A stretch of 64,000 nt of DNA from an uncultured archaeon (GCA_964601215.1 CAZRMN010000001.1:334-64333), one strand, 5' to 3'; positions 1 to 9,873 are shown, counted from the stretch's first letter. Numbers and translations are program-made. Notes: a model not told the origin generated them from the letters alone.

Positions 1-605
1 AGGAAAAAATTAAAGCAAGTAAGAAAAGAATTTTGGATTCGATGGAAAGAGCAAGCTTGATGAATGCAGAAATAGTATGCGTGCATGCTGGCTATTATGG
101 AAAGCTAAGCAAAGAAGAAGCTTATGAGAAAATAAAAGAAGCTTGCGAAGATATAATAAAAAAAGCTAAATCAAGAGGCTGGGATAATACTTCTTTAGCT
201 CTAGAAACTACTGGAAAAGTTAGTCAGTTTGGAACTCTTGATGAAATAATTAAAATTTGTAAGGAAGTAAAGGGTTGTAAAATTGTAGTGGACTTTGCCC
301 ATATTTATGCAAGACAAGCAGGGAGAATAGACTATAAAGAAATATTTGACAAGCTTAAGATTTTAAAGTTTAAGCATTACAATTTTCATTTTTCTGGAAT
401 CAAGTTTTCTCCTGTTAAAGCTACTGGAAAAGGAAATGAAAGGTATCATTTACCCATAGCTTCAAATTCTCCTCCTTTTGAACCACTGGCAAAAGAAATC
501 CTAAGAAGAAAAATTAGTGCAACAATAATTTCTGAATCGCCCTTGCTTGAGCAGGATAGTTTAAAAATGAAAAAAATATTTGAAAAGCTTGGTTATAAGT
601 TTTGA
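1..605 (+). CDS. Endonuclease IV-like AP endonuclease (xylose isomerase-like TIM barrel). The 5' end is truncated by the window edge; the frame is open from nt 3
   Basis: Motifs VCVHAGYYGK, LALETTGK and VVDFAHIYA resemble the Nfo metal-binding motifs. No stop precedes the first Met in this frame. Confidence 0.5.
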   Translation, partial: EKIKASKKRILDSMERASLMNAEIVCVHAGYYGKLSKEEAYEKIKEACEDIIKKAKSRGWDNTSLALETTGKVSQFGTLDEIIKICKEVKGCKIVVDFAHIYARQAGRIDYKEIFDKLKILKFKHYNFHFSGIKFSPVKATGKGNERYHLPIASNSPPFEPLAKEILRRKISATIISESPLLEQDSLKMKKIFEKLGYKF

Positions 606-1231
606 GATTTTTTGAGTAAAAAAGTGAAGAAATAGCCAAAAACAAAACCTCCTACATGAGCCCAAAAAGCTACTCCACTTCCTATTCCACCTAGAAAGCT
701 TATGGATGCAAAAAGGAATTGAATGAAAAACCAAAAGCCTATAACAATATAAGCCGGAATTCTAATGAAAGCATAGCCGACCCTACTTAAAACTTGTTCT
801 TTTGGGAATAAAACCATGTAAGCTCCTAAAATTCCTGAAATAGCTCCTGAAGCTCCTATGGCTGGGATTTTAGAACCAAAATTTGTAATGAAATGGAAAA
901 AAGTTGCTGAAATTCCTGAAAGGAAATAAAGTAAAAGAAATTTAATTTTTCCTAGCTTATCTTCAACATTATCGCCAAAAATCCATAAGTACCACATATT
1001 TCCGAAAATATGGTCAAAGCCTCCGTGTAAAAACATTGAAGTAAAAATTGTTAGAAGTGAAGGGAAAGCAGGAATAAAACCATAAGTTAAAATTATATTT
1101 TCAAAATCACCTAAACTCCAAATGAAAACTGAAACATTGATTACAATTAATAGTATGGTTAAAACTGGGAATTTTTCTCTTGGTGCTGAATCTGCGTATG
1201 GAAAAATCTGACCTTTCTTATTTTTTAGCAT
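593..1231 (-). CDS. Rhomboid family intramembrane serine protease
   Basis: Multi-TM protein with the GASGAISG (GxSG) motif and a downstream AHVGGF histidine. Confidence 0.7.
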   Translation of the reverse strand: MLKNKKGQIFPYADSAPREKFPVLTILLIVINVSVFIWSLGDFENIILTYGFIPAFPSLLTIFTSMFLHGGFDHIFGNMWYLWIFGDNVEDKLGKIKFLLLYFLSGISATFFHFITNFGSKIPAIGASGAISGILGAYMVLFPKEQVLSRVGYAFIRIPAYIVIGFWFFIQFLFASISFLGGIGSGVAFWAHVGGFVFGYFFTFLLKKSQNL

Positions 1232-1267
1232 ATATGAAATAAGTGTTTTAAAGAAAAATATTTTAGT

Positions 1268-1966
1268 GTGAAGGAAAAAATTAAAGCTTTAATTCAAGAA
1301 TTCCCGAAAACTTATTCTGAGGAATTAGGAATAAATTTAAAATCAAAAAAACCAAAAGAAATTTTCAAATGGTTTTTGGCTTCTATTCTTTTTGCTCACA
1401 GAATTCCAGAAAGTATAGCTAAGAAAACTTTTAAAGAATTTGAAAAAGAAGGTTTGATTTCAAGTAAAAAAATTTTGGAAGCAGGTTGGGACAAGCTAGT
1501 AGAAGTTTTAGATAGAGGGAAGTACGTAAGATATGATTTTTCTACTGCTTCTGCTTTGCTTGCTATAATGAAGCAACTAGAGGTTGAGTATGGTAGCTTA
1601 GAGAATTTAAGAAAAAAAGCTAAAGATCAAAAAGATTTGGAAAGAAGACTTAAAAGTTTTTTTAGAGTAGGTGAGATTACGGTAAATATTTTTTTAAGAG
1701 AATTGAGAAATTTGTGGAAAGTTGAAACTTTACCTTCAAGATTTGTGATAGAAGCTGCGAAAAACTTAGGATTAGTAAAAACTAGAAATCCTGAAAAAGT
1801 TTTGAAAAAATTAAAAGAAGTTTGGAAGAAGAATAAAGTTAAAGGTAAAACTTTTGTTAATTTTGAGTGTGCGTTACTACGTCTTGGTAAAAACTATTGC
1901 TTAAAGAGAAGGTGTAAAATTTGTAGGTTTTCAAAGTATTGTACTAAAAAAACAAAAGCTTTTTAA
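1268..1966 (+). CDS. HhH-GPD superfamily base-excision DNA glycosylase, endonuclease III-like, with a C-terminal Cys cluster
   Basis: EndoIII-like N-terminal pattern (FLASILFAHRIPESIAKKTF). C-terminal C-x4-C-x2-C-x5-C resembles the FeS-cluster loop. Confidence 0.45.
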   Translation: MKEKIKALIQEFPKTYSEELGINLKSKKPKEIFKWFLASILFAHRIPESIAKKTFKEFEKEGLISSKKILEAGWDKLVEVLDRGKYVRYDFSTASALLAIMKQLEVEYGSLENLRKKAKDQKDLERRLKSFFRVGEITVNIFLRELRNLWKVETLPSRFVIEAAKNLGLVKTRNPEKVLKKLKEVWKKNKVKGKTFVNFECALLRLGKNYCLKRRCKICRFSKYCTKKTKAF

Positions 1967-1998
1967 ATATTTCCGTTTAAATTTGTATAGGATAGCAG

Positions 1999-2637
1999 AT
2001 GTACGTGGAATCTTTTACAAAAGAGTTAAAGAAGCTTGGAATAGAACCTTCATTGATTTCAAAATTTGAAATAAAAGGAAAAGAACTAGTCCTTTATGTA
2101 GAGGATAAACAGATAAAAACAAAAGACCCAAGGTTAGTTGAGTTAGCAAGGATTTCTTACGAAAATACTGACAATAGGATACTTCAGAAAAAACATCAAA
2201 TAGTTACTGAAATAGCTCATATGATAAACGAATACCAGAAGGAAAAAGGAATAGTAATTTGGCATAATGTAGAAGATCTTTATAATCTTGTGTGGAGTAC
2301 ACCTCTTTCACGCTTGGAAAAACTAAAAAGAAAGGTTAATGATGAGTTAACACAAATTCCAGATGCAGATTATGTAAGTATAGCAAAACCAAGGTATACA
2401 TTCAACCTACAGAAAGATGAAAATGGTATAGTAATTGGTTGTAACCTTGAGATAGATATGCCAAAATATGAAAGAACCTTGGATATGATTCCTCCAAGTA
2501 GGCTGGAGGACATGGCAAGAGGCATACCTTTAGGAGCTTTATACATAGAACCAATACCTTTAAAGGAAGAAGATATAAAGCAAGAAATAGAAGAAATCGA
2601 ACGTGAAAAGTTAGAAGAAACAGTAGAAGGTTCTTGA
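1999..2637 (+). CDS. Hypothetical protein with an acidic C-terminus
   Basis: ORF only; no recognisable motif. Confidence 0.3.
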   Translation: MYVESFTKELKKLGIEPSLISKFEIKGKELVLYVEDKQIKTKDPRLVELARISYENTDNRILQKKHQIVTEIAHMINEYQKEKGIVIWHNVEDLYNLVWSTPLSRLEKLKRKVNDELTQIPDADYVSIAKPRYTFNLQKDENGIVIGCNLEIDMPKYERTLDMIPPSRLEDMARGIPLGALYIEPIPLKEEDIKQEIEEIEREKLEETVEGS

Positions 2638-2644
2638 AGTTCTG

Positions 2645-3535
2645 CTAAGCGATGTAAGTAGTGCCCTTAGATTTGGGTCTTTCTATATACCCAACCATTT
2701 TTATAAAAGTACTAATTATTTCATAATCTTCCTCAATTACAAATAAATGAGACATAGCGGGAATGCATAAAGATTCCAAACCATATTTTGAGATATAAAA
2801 CCTAAGGGCTCCTGGTCTTGCTGTTTTTCTTTCTAGCGTTAGAGATATGTAATGCAAGACTTGTGGGTTTCCAGAAATTATTCTTTCATAATTCCTTTCA
2901 TTAAGGTTTGGTAATAATGGTTTGGCCAACTTAAGAGATACTACCTCATCATAAGCAAACTTTAATTGAGCTTGTCCTAAAGAGCTAGTATCATAAATTC
3001 CCTTGGGTGGAATCATACCCGCTTCTTTACTTCTTCTGTAAGAAGAAATATATCTGTTTAAAGCATACCCTATATCCCGTTTGTCCCTTCTTATTTCCCT
3101 TCTTAATATTCCTCTTCCTTTTTTTCTTTCTATATATCTCCAACGATCCGCGAGTATTACCCTATAACCTATGTCCATAAGAGCGTTTGTAACTTCATAT
3201 CCATACTTAACCATGAGAGTTGTATCTGGTTTTTTGAGTGTGTTTGCTTCGTTTATTTTTTCATCTATGTTAATTAAATAAGTCATTGCTTTCTTGTCTT
3301 GAGGAGGTATTACTTCAAAAAGTGTGGTAATCGCTTCCTTGAACATGGGTAAGGTTGTATTTTTGAAATGGGAAAAAGCAGTTTCAACATCCATTCCTAA
3401 CTTTCTTCTTTGAGCCCAATTTGACCTAAGCGGAGAAATTACATCTTCAAAAACCCTTTTCCCATCTTCTAACACTCCATTTTTTATTCCCTTATTGAGA
3501 AGATAAGTAAGCCTCGTCATACTCATTTTCTCCAC
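2645..3535 (-). CDS. Hypothetical Arg-rich protein (RWRYIERKKGRGILRREIRRDKRD)
   Basis: ORF of 296 aa with codon usage consistent with neighbours; no family recognised. Confidence 0.3.
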   Translation of the reverse strand: MEKMSMTRLTYLLNKGIKNGVLEDGKRVFEDVISPLRSNWAQRRKLGMDVETAFSHFKNTTLPMFKEAITTLFEVIPPQDKKAMTYLINIDEKINEANTLKKPDTTLMVKYGYEVTNALMDIGYRVILADRWRYIERKKGRGILRREIRRDKRDIGYALNRYISSYRRSKEAGMIPPKGIYDTSSLGQAQLKFAYDEVVSLKLAKPLLPNLNERNYERIISGNPQVLHYISLTLERKTARPGALRFYISKYGLESLCIPAMSHLFVIEEDYEIISTFIKMVGYIERPKSKGTTYIA

Positions 3536-3622
3536 CTTTTTAAATTTCCTGAGCTAGAATAATATATCCCATCATATTTTTAAATGTTTCCTTTTAAAAT
3601 TTTAGAGTTTTAATAGTTTTTT

Positions 3623-4456
3623 ATGAAAAATTTGAAGTCTAAGCTTTTAGAAAAGATTTATGAAGTTGTAAAAGATTGCGAAAAAGAAGTTGGAATAGCG
3701 TATTCTTCAGGAGTGGATAGCTCCTTGCTTACAAAAGTTTGCTTGAATTTGGGGAAAAAGGTTTTCTTGCTAACTGTTGGCTTTAAAGGTTCTCCTGATA
3801 TAGAAAGGGTAAAAGAATATAATTTTGGTTTGCCTGTTTTTATTAAAGAATTAGATAAGAAAGATGTAGAAGAAGGGATAAAATTTTTGATTTCAAGGTT
3901 TGAGTTTCCTTCCTTAATAGACCTTGAAATTTCCTTAGCTTTTTATTTTATTTTTAAACTTGCAAAGGAAAAAGGAATAAAAACTGTTTTGTCTGCAAAT
4001 GGTTTGGACGAATTGTTTTGTGGTTATAGAAAATACAAGAAAATTTTGGAAAAAGGAAGGGGAGAATTAGAAGAAGCGATAAAAAGCGATATAAAAAAAG
4101 CAAGGGAAATTAATGAAAGAAATAGAAAAATTGCAAAATTTTTTGGAGTAAATTTTATCGAACCTTTTCTTGATGAAAAATTCGTAGAATTTGCTCTGAA
4201 AATTCCCTTGGAGTATAAGATTAAAAGTCCAAAGGATGAAATTAGAAAACATTTGACTAGAGAAATAGCTTTTGAGTTAGGTGTACCAAAGGAAATTGCC
4301 TTTAGAAAAAAGAAATCTATGCAGTATAGCTCGAGAATAGATAAGGCTATAGAAAAACTCGCAAAAGAAAAGGGAATTACAAAGTTTAAAGCTAGAAAAA
4401 TGGGATTTTTGGGAGTAAAAGAAGCTTATGTAAAAAGTTTAAAAAATTCCAGCTGA
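3623..4456 (+). CDS. PP-loop superfamily ATP pyrophosphatase (asparagine synthase-like or QueC-like adenylation domain)
   Basis: SGGxDS-type PP-loop motif AYSSGVDSS near the N-terminus. Confidence 0.5.
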   Translation: MKNLKSKLLEKIYEVVKDCEKEVGIAYSSGVDSSLLTKVCLNLGKKVFLLTVGFKGSPDIERVKEYNFGLPVFIKELDKKDVEEGIKFLISRFEFPSLIDLEISLAFYFIFKLAKEKGIKTVLSANGLDELFCGYRKYKKILEKGRGELEEAIKSDIKKAREINERNRKIAKFFGVNFIEPFLDEKFVEFALKIPLEYKIKSPKDEIRKHLTREIAFELGVPKEIAFRKKKSMQYSSRIDKAIEKLAKEKGITKFKARKMGFLGVKEAYVKSLKNSS

Positions 4457-4457
4457 T

Positions 4458-5108
4458 TTATTCTTCAAAAAGTTTTTCAATCTTTCTTACTATGTTTTTG
4501 GGGAAAATTTTTTCTTTTTTATTTATTTCATAAATTGAACCTAAGAGAAACCATACTGGCTTGTGATCTTTTTTATAGTATTTTTTTACTCTTATGACAA
4601 ATTCGCTCCAATTTATGCTTAAATTTTTAACTATTCTTTTAACATCTTCCAAATCTACTGGCCTTCCTGAAACACATTTCAAAAAAATAAAATCTTCTGG
4701 TTCTACAAGTTTGAGTTTGAGCAAGTCAAATCTTATACTTCTTTTTGATTTTTCTAGCATCTCTTTTGTATCTACTGAAAACACATATCTATAAAACAGG
4801 TCGAACCTTGGAAGATCAGAATTACCTATAACTGTAGGTTTTCCCTTTTTTAAAAGCCCTTCGTTTAGCTTGTAAGGAAGCTTGACTAAAACTTTAGCTT
4901 TTTTGTATAATGGATGGGATAAAATTATTTGAACTATTCCTGCCAAGTCTTTTCTTTTAAAAAAAACTAGATCAAGATCCTTTGTTTGACCTTTTAAACC
5001 ATAGTAAAGCATAGCATTCCCACCAATCAACAGGCCTTCTACTTCGTGCTTAAGCTTCTTCCCAATAAAGGATAAAATGGATTCTAAAAATTCCCTATCC
5101 GCTAACAT
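4458..5108 (-). CDS. Minimal nucleotidyltransferase-fold protein (AbiEii-like toxin candidate)
   Basis: GGNAMLYYGLKGQTKDLDLVF fits the GG...DxD nucleotidyltransferase motif. Overlaps the upstream wHTH gene by 4 nt. Confidence 0.35.
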   Translation of the reverse strand: MLADREFLESILSFIGKKLKHEVEGLLIGGNAMLYYGLKGQTKDLDLVFFKRKDLAGIVQIILSHPLYKKAKVLVKLPYKLNEGLLKKGKPTVIGNSDLPRFDLFYRYVFSVDTKEMLEKSKRSIRFDLLKLKLVEPEDFIFLKCVSGRPVDLEDVKRIVKNLSINWSEFVIRVKKYYKKDHKPVWFLLGSIYEINKKEKIFPKNIVRKIEKLFEE

Positions 5109-5611
5109 TTCAACACCTTTTCGTACCTCTTAGGTATTCTACTCAGCTTTTTGAATTTTTTCCTAGCTTTTTTATAAACTTGATAAAACTCCTTTTTGAC
5201 ATCATATGCCTTAATGTAGCGATACATCCTTTTCCAATTTTTTATTTTCCTTATTAAATTCATTGCAACTTCTAAGTACCTCCTGTTTTTTTCCTCTTTA
5301 TACTTTGAAAGGAAGAATGCTATTTTTTGTTCTGGGCGAATTTTTTCTTTTGCAACCTCTATTTCTGGAGCTATTAAGTGTGTACCTTCATACATCCCTA
5401 AAGACTTATAGGGAAGGGGAATAGAAGAAATCAAGTACATAGTTCCTCTGGGTTTTTTTATCTTTTGGATTATAAAACCTGCCTTATTAAGCTTTGAAAG
5501 ATAAACGTAAGCACTTTTCTTTTTAATTTTTAATTTTTTAGAAACATCCTCAACAGTATTCCAACCGGCTAATTTATTTGCAATACTTCTTTCTTTCATA
5601 ATTAAAGTCAC
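5102..5611 (-). CDS. wHTH DNA-binding protein (AbiEi-like antitoxin or regulator candidate)
   Basis: N-terminal HTH-like segment followed by a basic C-terminal region. Translationally coupled to the downstream nucleotidyltransferase gene. Confidence 0.3.
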   Translation of the reverse strand: MTLIMKERSIANKLAGWNTVEDVSKKLKIKKKSAYVYLSKLNKAGFIIQKIKKPRGTMYLISSIPLPYKSLGMYEGTHLIAPEIEVAKEKIRPEQKIAFFLSKYKEEKNRRYLEVAMNLIRKIKNWKRMYRYIKAYDVKKEFYQVYKKARKKFKKLSRIPKRYEKVLKC

Positions 5612-5633
5612 TAGAGCTAATATTTAAACTTTA

Positions 5634-5888
5634 CTACACCTTATTTTTTCCATACTTTCCAGATTTCAAAAGTTCTTCCAATTCTTTCTCGTATTCTTTC
5701 CTAAGCTCAGTAATTTTGCTCAAGTATTCTAGAGTTAAGTTTCTAACTTTTTCCTGCACTTCGTTATTTCCTTCAAAAAATTTTCTAAAAAGAGCATAGC
5801 CAATATTTCCAGCTAGTAAAGAGGAAATTAAATCTTCCCACATTCTTAAATAGTCTAAATCTTCTTTAATTTCTCTAAAGCTTCGCAT
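5634..5888 (-). CDS. Small hypothetical protein
   Basis: ORF of 84 aa. Confidence 0.25.
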   Translation of the reverse strand: MRSFREIKEDLDYLRMWEDLISSLLAGNIGYALFRKFFEGNNEVQEKVRNLTLEYLSKITELRKEYEKELEELLKSGKYGKNKV

Positions 5889-5991
5889 AGTTTAGGTTTG
5901 AGAAGTAAAAGATTTAAAGTTAAATCATTTTAAATTATTTTTGGAATATTCCATACATTATATTTAAATACTTTTTGGAGATATCTTAATT

Positions 5992-6288
5992 ATGGAAAAA
6001 ACTCTTGAAGAACTACTTGGAGAAGTAAAAGTAGAGAAAGTTTCCAAGCTTACAGCTAAAGTTTTTAATGTAATACACGAAAAATGGCCAGTAAATCCTT
6101 TAGAAGTGGCTGAAATTTTAGGCGATACAGGCAAGGAAAAAACTCTTTCTGCAAAGTACTTGTACCATTTCAAGAAACTGGCAAAAAAGGGCTTGGTGAA
6201 AATCAAAAAAATTGGAAATACTTACATTGCATGGCCTGCTGAAATTGAAAAGTTGAGGGTGATACATGAATTGTTAAAGGGGGTGTAA
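5992..6288 (+). CDS. Small winged-helix transcription regulator
   Basis: 98 aa, HTH-like core LEVAEILGDTGKEKTLSAKYLYHFKKLAKKGLV. First gene of a five-gene plus-strand cassette. Confidence 0.4.
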   Translation: MEKTLEELLGEVKVEKVSKLTAKVFNVIHEKWPVNPLEVAEILGDTGKEKTLSAKYLYHFKKLAKKGLVKIKKIGNTYIAWPAEIEKLRVIHELLKGV

Positions 6289-6293
6289 TTTAA

Positions 6294-6830
6294 ATGGGTA
6301 TAGCTGGTATTTTAAAAAAATTGTTATTGGGAAGAGCATTTGCTGCTGAAAATGGAAGAATAACTATTTTAGGAAGCTATAATGTAAGCTTACTGGAAAG
6401 CCATGGATTTGCGGTATTTTTACAAAAATTATATGAGGAGTTAAAGGAAAAGAAATTTTATAAGATCTTAAAAGAAGTCACAACAATCAGTATTAAAGAA
6501 ATATATCAGTCTCTAGGTGTTACTCCTTCGGTCAATGAATTAGAAAAGTCACTTCCCTTCATGGATATTTATGGTTGGGGAAAAATTGCACTAGTAAATA
6601 AAGGTGAAAATAAAAATTCTATGTTTTGGTTAGTTAAGGTTACCAATTCACCTATAACAGAATATGCAAAGAAAATGTTTGGAAAAAAATCAGAAGTATG
6701 TATTTTATATCGGAGCAATTTTGAGGCTGCATTTGAACTTGCTCTTAAAAAACCTATTAAAGTTGAAGAAATTGCTTGCTTTTGTAAGGGTGCACCTGCG
6801 TGTACATTTAGAATTGAAGTAGAAAAGTGA
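6294..6830 (+). CDS. V4R (4-vinyl reductase) domain protein
   Basis: C-terminal CFCKGAPACTF Cys motif typical of V4R small-molecule-binding domains. Confidence 0.4.
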   Translation: MGIAGILKKLLLGRAFAAENGRITILGSYNVSLLESHGFAVFLQKLYEELKEKKFYKILKEVTTISIKEIYQSLGVTPSVNELEKSLPFMDIYGWGKIALVNKGENKNSMFWLVKVTNSPITEYAKKMFGKKSEVCILYRSNFEAAFELALKKPIKVEEIACFCKGAPACTFRIEVEK

Positions 6831-8314
6831 AGTCTATGGGATTTTATGATATGATAATTAGAAAAAAAACGAATGAAGTAGCAAAACAAGCAAGGGAAGC
6901 TTTACTCTCTATACCTTTTTACCAAAAAAAACTTAAACATTATAATGTTCCAAAAAAAGAAGTTCGAAAAATTAGGGACATAGAAACTTTAAGTGAGTTT
7001 TTAGATAAATACTCTTATGTTCCATGGGTTTCAGAAAATGATCTGATGAATTATGACTTTTCTGCTAAATTGAGTAGAGTTCCTTTAGAGAAAAGAACCT
7101 GGTTACAAGCTACCTCAGGTTATTTTTTAGCAGAAAAAATTTCTTCTCCGTATCTTAAAGATTCAACAGAAGAAATATTAAAAATAATCTCAAGAAAAAA
7201 AGTTGCATTTACAAAGAAGGATGTAAAGAAAGTAGTTAATACGGTTATTAAATCGAGACTTAAAGAACTTACAGGTACTTCTACCCCTACACTTGCTATA
7301 ATTGCTAGATTTGGTGATTTGTGTGGCTCGGGTACCTACCCTCTATTGACTCTTGCTGGGAATTTTCTAAAATATAATCCTAAAGTTCTTTACTATGGTG
7401 AACCAAAAAATTCAAATCAATTACTCCAATGGGCGTATGAATTATATAAAATAAATCCTGAAGGAATTCTTACAACTCCTATCATGATTGAAAAACTTTA
7501 CAAAACTCTTGAGGAGAATCTTTCTTTTACATCCTTTTCAAATCTTAAATTTATTTCGCTAGGTGCTATGAGACCTTTAAAATCTTCTCTCGATGCTTCA
7601 TGCAAGATAGGTGCAAAAATAATTATTAATGGATATGGACTTCAAGAAGTTGCACCTTTAGGTATAGTAGCACAAGGAATTTTATTTAGTTCAATCAAAA
7701 AAATACCCCCAACTGATGGTTTAATTACTTTGGGTTCTCTTTATTTTGTTAGAATAGTAGATAAGGAAGGGAAAACCGTTAACCCTGGTGAAAAAGGAAC
7801 TATAAGAATTACATCTCCTTTTGAGGGAACAACATTAATAGACTATGACACAAAAGATATAGGGAAACTTGTTGCATTAAATAGCCTTATTACTTATCAC
7901 AACAAAAATTTTAAAGTACCATGGCCTCTTCTCGATATTAATATAACTAGAAGTATAGAACATTCTATTGATGTAGTCGAGCATAGAGTCGATACGGTAC
8001 TTTTAGAGGAATTATGTTCATCTGTTGATGGATATTCTTTTCTCGTAGGAAGTGACATAAAGAATTTATATATCTTTTTTAAGGATGATGTCCCAAATGA
8101 AAAAATAGAAAAATTCAAAAAAATGATTAATCTTTCATTACCAGAAGAGGTAGTAGCTAATACAAAAATATGTAAAATACCAAAAGAAGTAATGAACAAA
8201 TTTCTTCACCCTATAGAACATTATAAACCACATAATTTCCTTAAAGAGAGTTCAAAAATAAAAGAATTAATTAAACTATTTAACCAGCTATACAAAGAGC
8301 GTGAAAACCTATGA
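6827..8314 (+). CDS. Adenylate-forming enzyme, PaaK/F390-synthetase-like (ANL superfamily)
   Basis: N-terminal region (PFYQKKLKHYNVPKKEVRKIRDIETLSEFLDKYSYVPWVSENDL) resembles phenylacetate-CoA ligase-like enzymes; LQATSGY resembles the AMP-binding motif. GTGA/ATGA overlaps with both neighbours. Confidence 0.5.
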   Translation: MKSMGFYDMIIRKKTNEVAKQAREALLSIPFYQKKLKHYNVPKKEVRKIRDIETLSEFLDKYSYVPWVSENDLMNYDFSAKLSRVPLEKRTWLQATSGYFLAEKISSPYLKDSTEEILKIISRKKVAFTKKDVKKVVNTVIKSRLKELTGTSTPTLAIIARFGDLCGSGTYPLLTLAGNFLKYNPKVLYYGEPKNSNQLLQWAYELYKINPEGILTTPIMIEKLYKTLEENLSFTSFSNLKFISLGAMRPLKSSLDASCKIGAKIIINGYGLQEVAPLGIVAQGILFSSIKKIPPTDGLITLGSLYFVRIVDKEGKTVNPGEKGTIRITSPFEGTTLIDYDTKDIGKLVALNSLITYHNKNFKVPWPLLDINITRSIEHSIDVVEHRVDTVLLEELCSSVDGYSFLVGSDIKNLYIFFKDDVPNEKIEKFKKMINLSLPEEVVANTKICKIPKEVMNKFLHPIEHYKPHNFLKESSKIKELIKLFNQLYKERENL

Positions 8315-9015
8315 TTAACTTGTGGGACCTATATTCTTTTACTTACGATTCACTAGCCATTCTTCCTTCTTATAAAAATATGATAAATAATATTATTAAA
8401 GCTCTTGAGATAACTGAAAAAGAAAAATATCTCGACTTAGGTTGTGGAACCGGAAATTTAGCACTTGAAATCGTCAAAAGGTACAATACTTTGGAAATAA
8501 GTATCTATGGTTTGGATTTTTCAAATACATCACTTCTAATTGCAAATAAAAAAATTAAAAATTTATCCACAAAATCGAAACCCCATTTTTTTCTTTATGA
8601 TGTCAGAAAAGGTTTACCATTTCCATCTTCTTATTTTGATGGAGTATCCCTTGTTCAATTAATAAATTATTTTCCTAAAGTTAGTGATGTCATTAAACTT
8701 ATGGGAGAAGTGAATAGGGTTACTAAAAAAAATGGAAAAATTGTTATTGTAAGTGTAGCCAGACCTCATAAATTTATAAAAGGAAGTCTAGATTTTAGGA
8801 AAGCTCTTCAATGTTATCCACTTAAAACCATAAAAAATGTCCCATTTTTTATAGCAAATGCGTTTTTTAATTTACCTATGAAATTGGGAAAAAATATAAA
8901 ATTATATGATGAAAAATGTTTGGAAAAAATAGGAGAAATATTAAAATGGAAAAAAGAATATTCCCAAAGTGTTTATTATAACGACATAAATATACTTGTC
9001 AAATTTAAAAAATAA
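8311..9015 (+). CDS. Class I SAM-dependent methyltransferase
   Basis: LDLGCGTGNL motif I. Confidence 0.7.
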   Translation: MINLWDLYSFTYDSLAILPSYKNMINNIIKALEITEKEKYLDLGCGTGNLALEIVKRYNTLEISIYGLDFSNTSLLIANKKIKNLSTKSKPHFFLYDVRKGLPFPSSYFDGVSLVQLINYFPKVSDVIKLMGEVNRVTKKNGKIVIVSVARPHKFIKGSLDFRKALQCYPLKTIKNVPFFIANAFFNLPMKLGKNIKLYDEKCLEKIGEILKWKKEYSQSVYYNDINILVKFKK

Positions 9016-9072
9016 ACCAATTATATAGAATACTCCAAAATATTTATCGTTTTAAAAATAATTTTTTAATAT

Positions 9073-9660
9073 ATGCCTTCCGTTTCCAGAAAATATCTCA
9101 AATTCTGCAGGCCTACATTTTATTGTGAATCAAATTCTACAGAAATTAAAAAATTGGCAAAAAAAATAGTTAATGATTCTAAATCTTCTGAAAAAATGGT
9201 TAAAAAAATTTTCTTATGGGTAAGAGATAAAATTCAATGGGATATAACAAAAGTAGTTGGTATAAGAAGGTTACTTAAAAGAAAACCTCTAAGGGGTAAT
9301 TGCACAGATAAAGTAAATTTATTTATCGCTCTCTGTAGAAGTTTAAAAATTCCTGCAAGGTATGTTTTTCTCTATTGTTCCTTAAAGAGAAAAAAGAAAA
9401 ACTTACCTAAAAAAGTCGGTCATGTAATAGCTGAAGTTCTTATAGATGGTAAATGGGTAATTGCTGACCCTACTTTTGGAAAACATACAAAAAAGCTTGT
9501 AGAAGTAAGCCAACTAGGAAAACCTAGCTGGAAAAAAGCCTACATAATTTTTAGAACTAGAGGTTTATTTCCCCTGATGGTTTGGATTGACAATTTTCTA
9601 ATGCCATACTCTCCTAGTTCTAAAAAGCTTAAGCATGAAATAGAAAAATTAAAGAAATAA
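9073..9660 (+). CDS. Transglutaminase-like cysteine protease domain protein
   Basis: GNCTDKVNLFIALCRSLKIPAR core with Cys, then GHVIAEV...DPT His and Asp. Confidence 0.65.
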   Translation: MPSVSRKYLKFCRPTFYCESNSTEIKKLAKKIVNDSKSSEKMVKKIFLWVRDKIQWDITKVVGIRRLLKRKPLRGNCTDKVNLFIALCRSLKIPARYVFLYCSLKRKKKNLPKKVGHVIAEVLIDGKWVIADPTFGKHTKKLVEVSQLGKPSWKKAYIIFRTRGLFPLMVWIDNFLMPYSPSSKKLKHEIEKLKK

Positions 9661-9847
9661 TTATCAAATGAAACTATTCCTTTTTCTCGTGATAAAAACT
9701 TTTAACATAAGCTTTGAATTCTTCCTTTAGGTACTCAAAAAGTTTATCCGCTAATTTATCAACAAGTCTATCTAAAACATACTTCGCAATCTTTTCTTCT
9801 AGTTCTTCTTCCACAAAATTCTAATAAAAAGAAAATTATTTAAGCTC

Positions 9848-9873
9848 TTGAATGTTATACGTATAACATTCAA
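9848..9873. repeat. Perfect 26-nt palindrome TTGAATGTTATACGTATAACATTCAA in an intergenic region
   Basis: Read directly from the sequence; shares a 19-20-nt core with the palindrome at 11394..11411. Confidence 0.9.

Noticed and set aside
9676-9824. Possible GTG-initiated 48-aa minus-strand ORF (EEELEEKIAKYVLDRLVDKLADKLFEYLKEEFKAYVKSFYHEKKE) in the long intergenic region
   Set aside because: No ATG start, no motif and low complexity; too weak to call.
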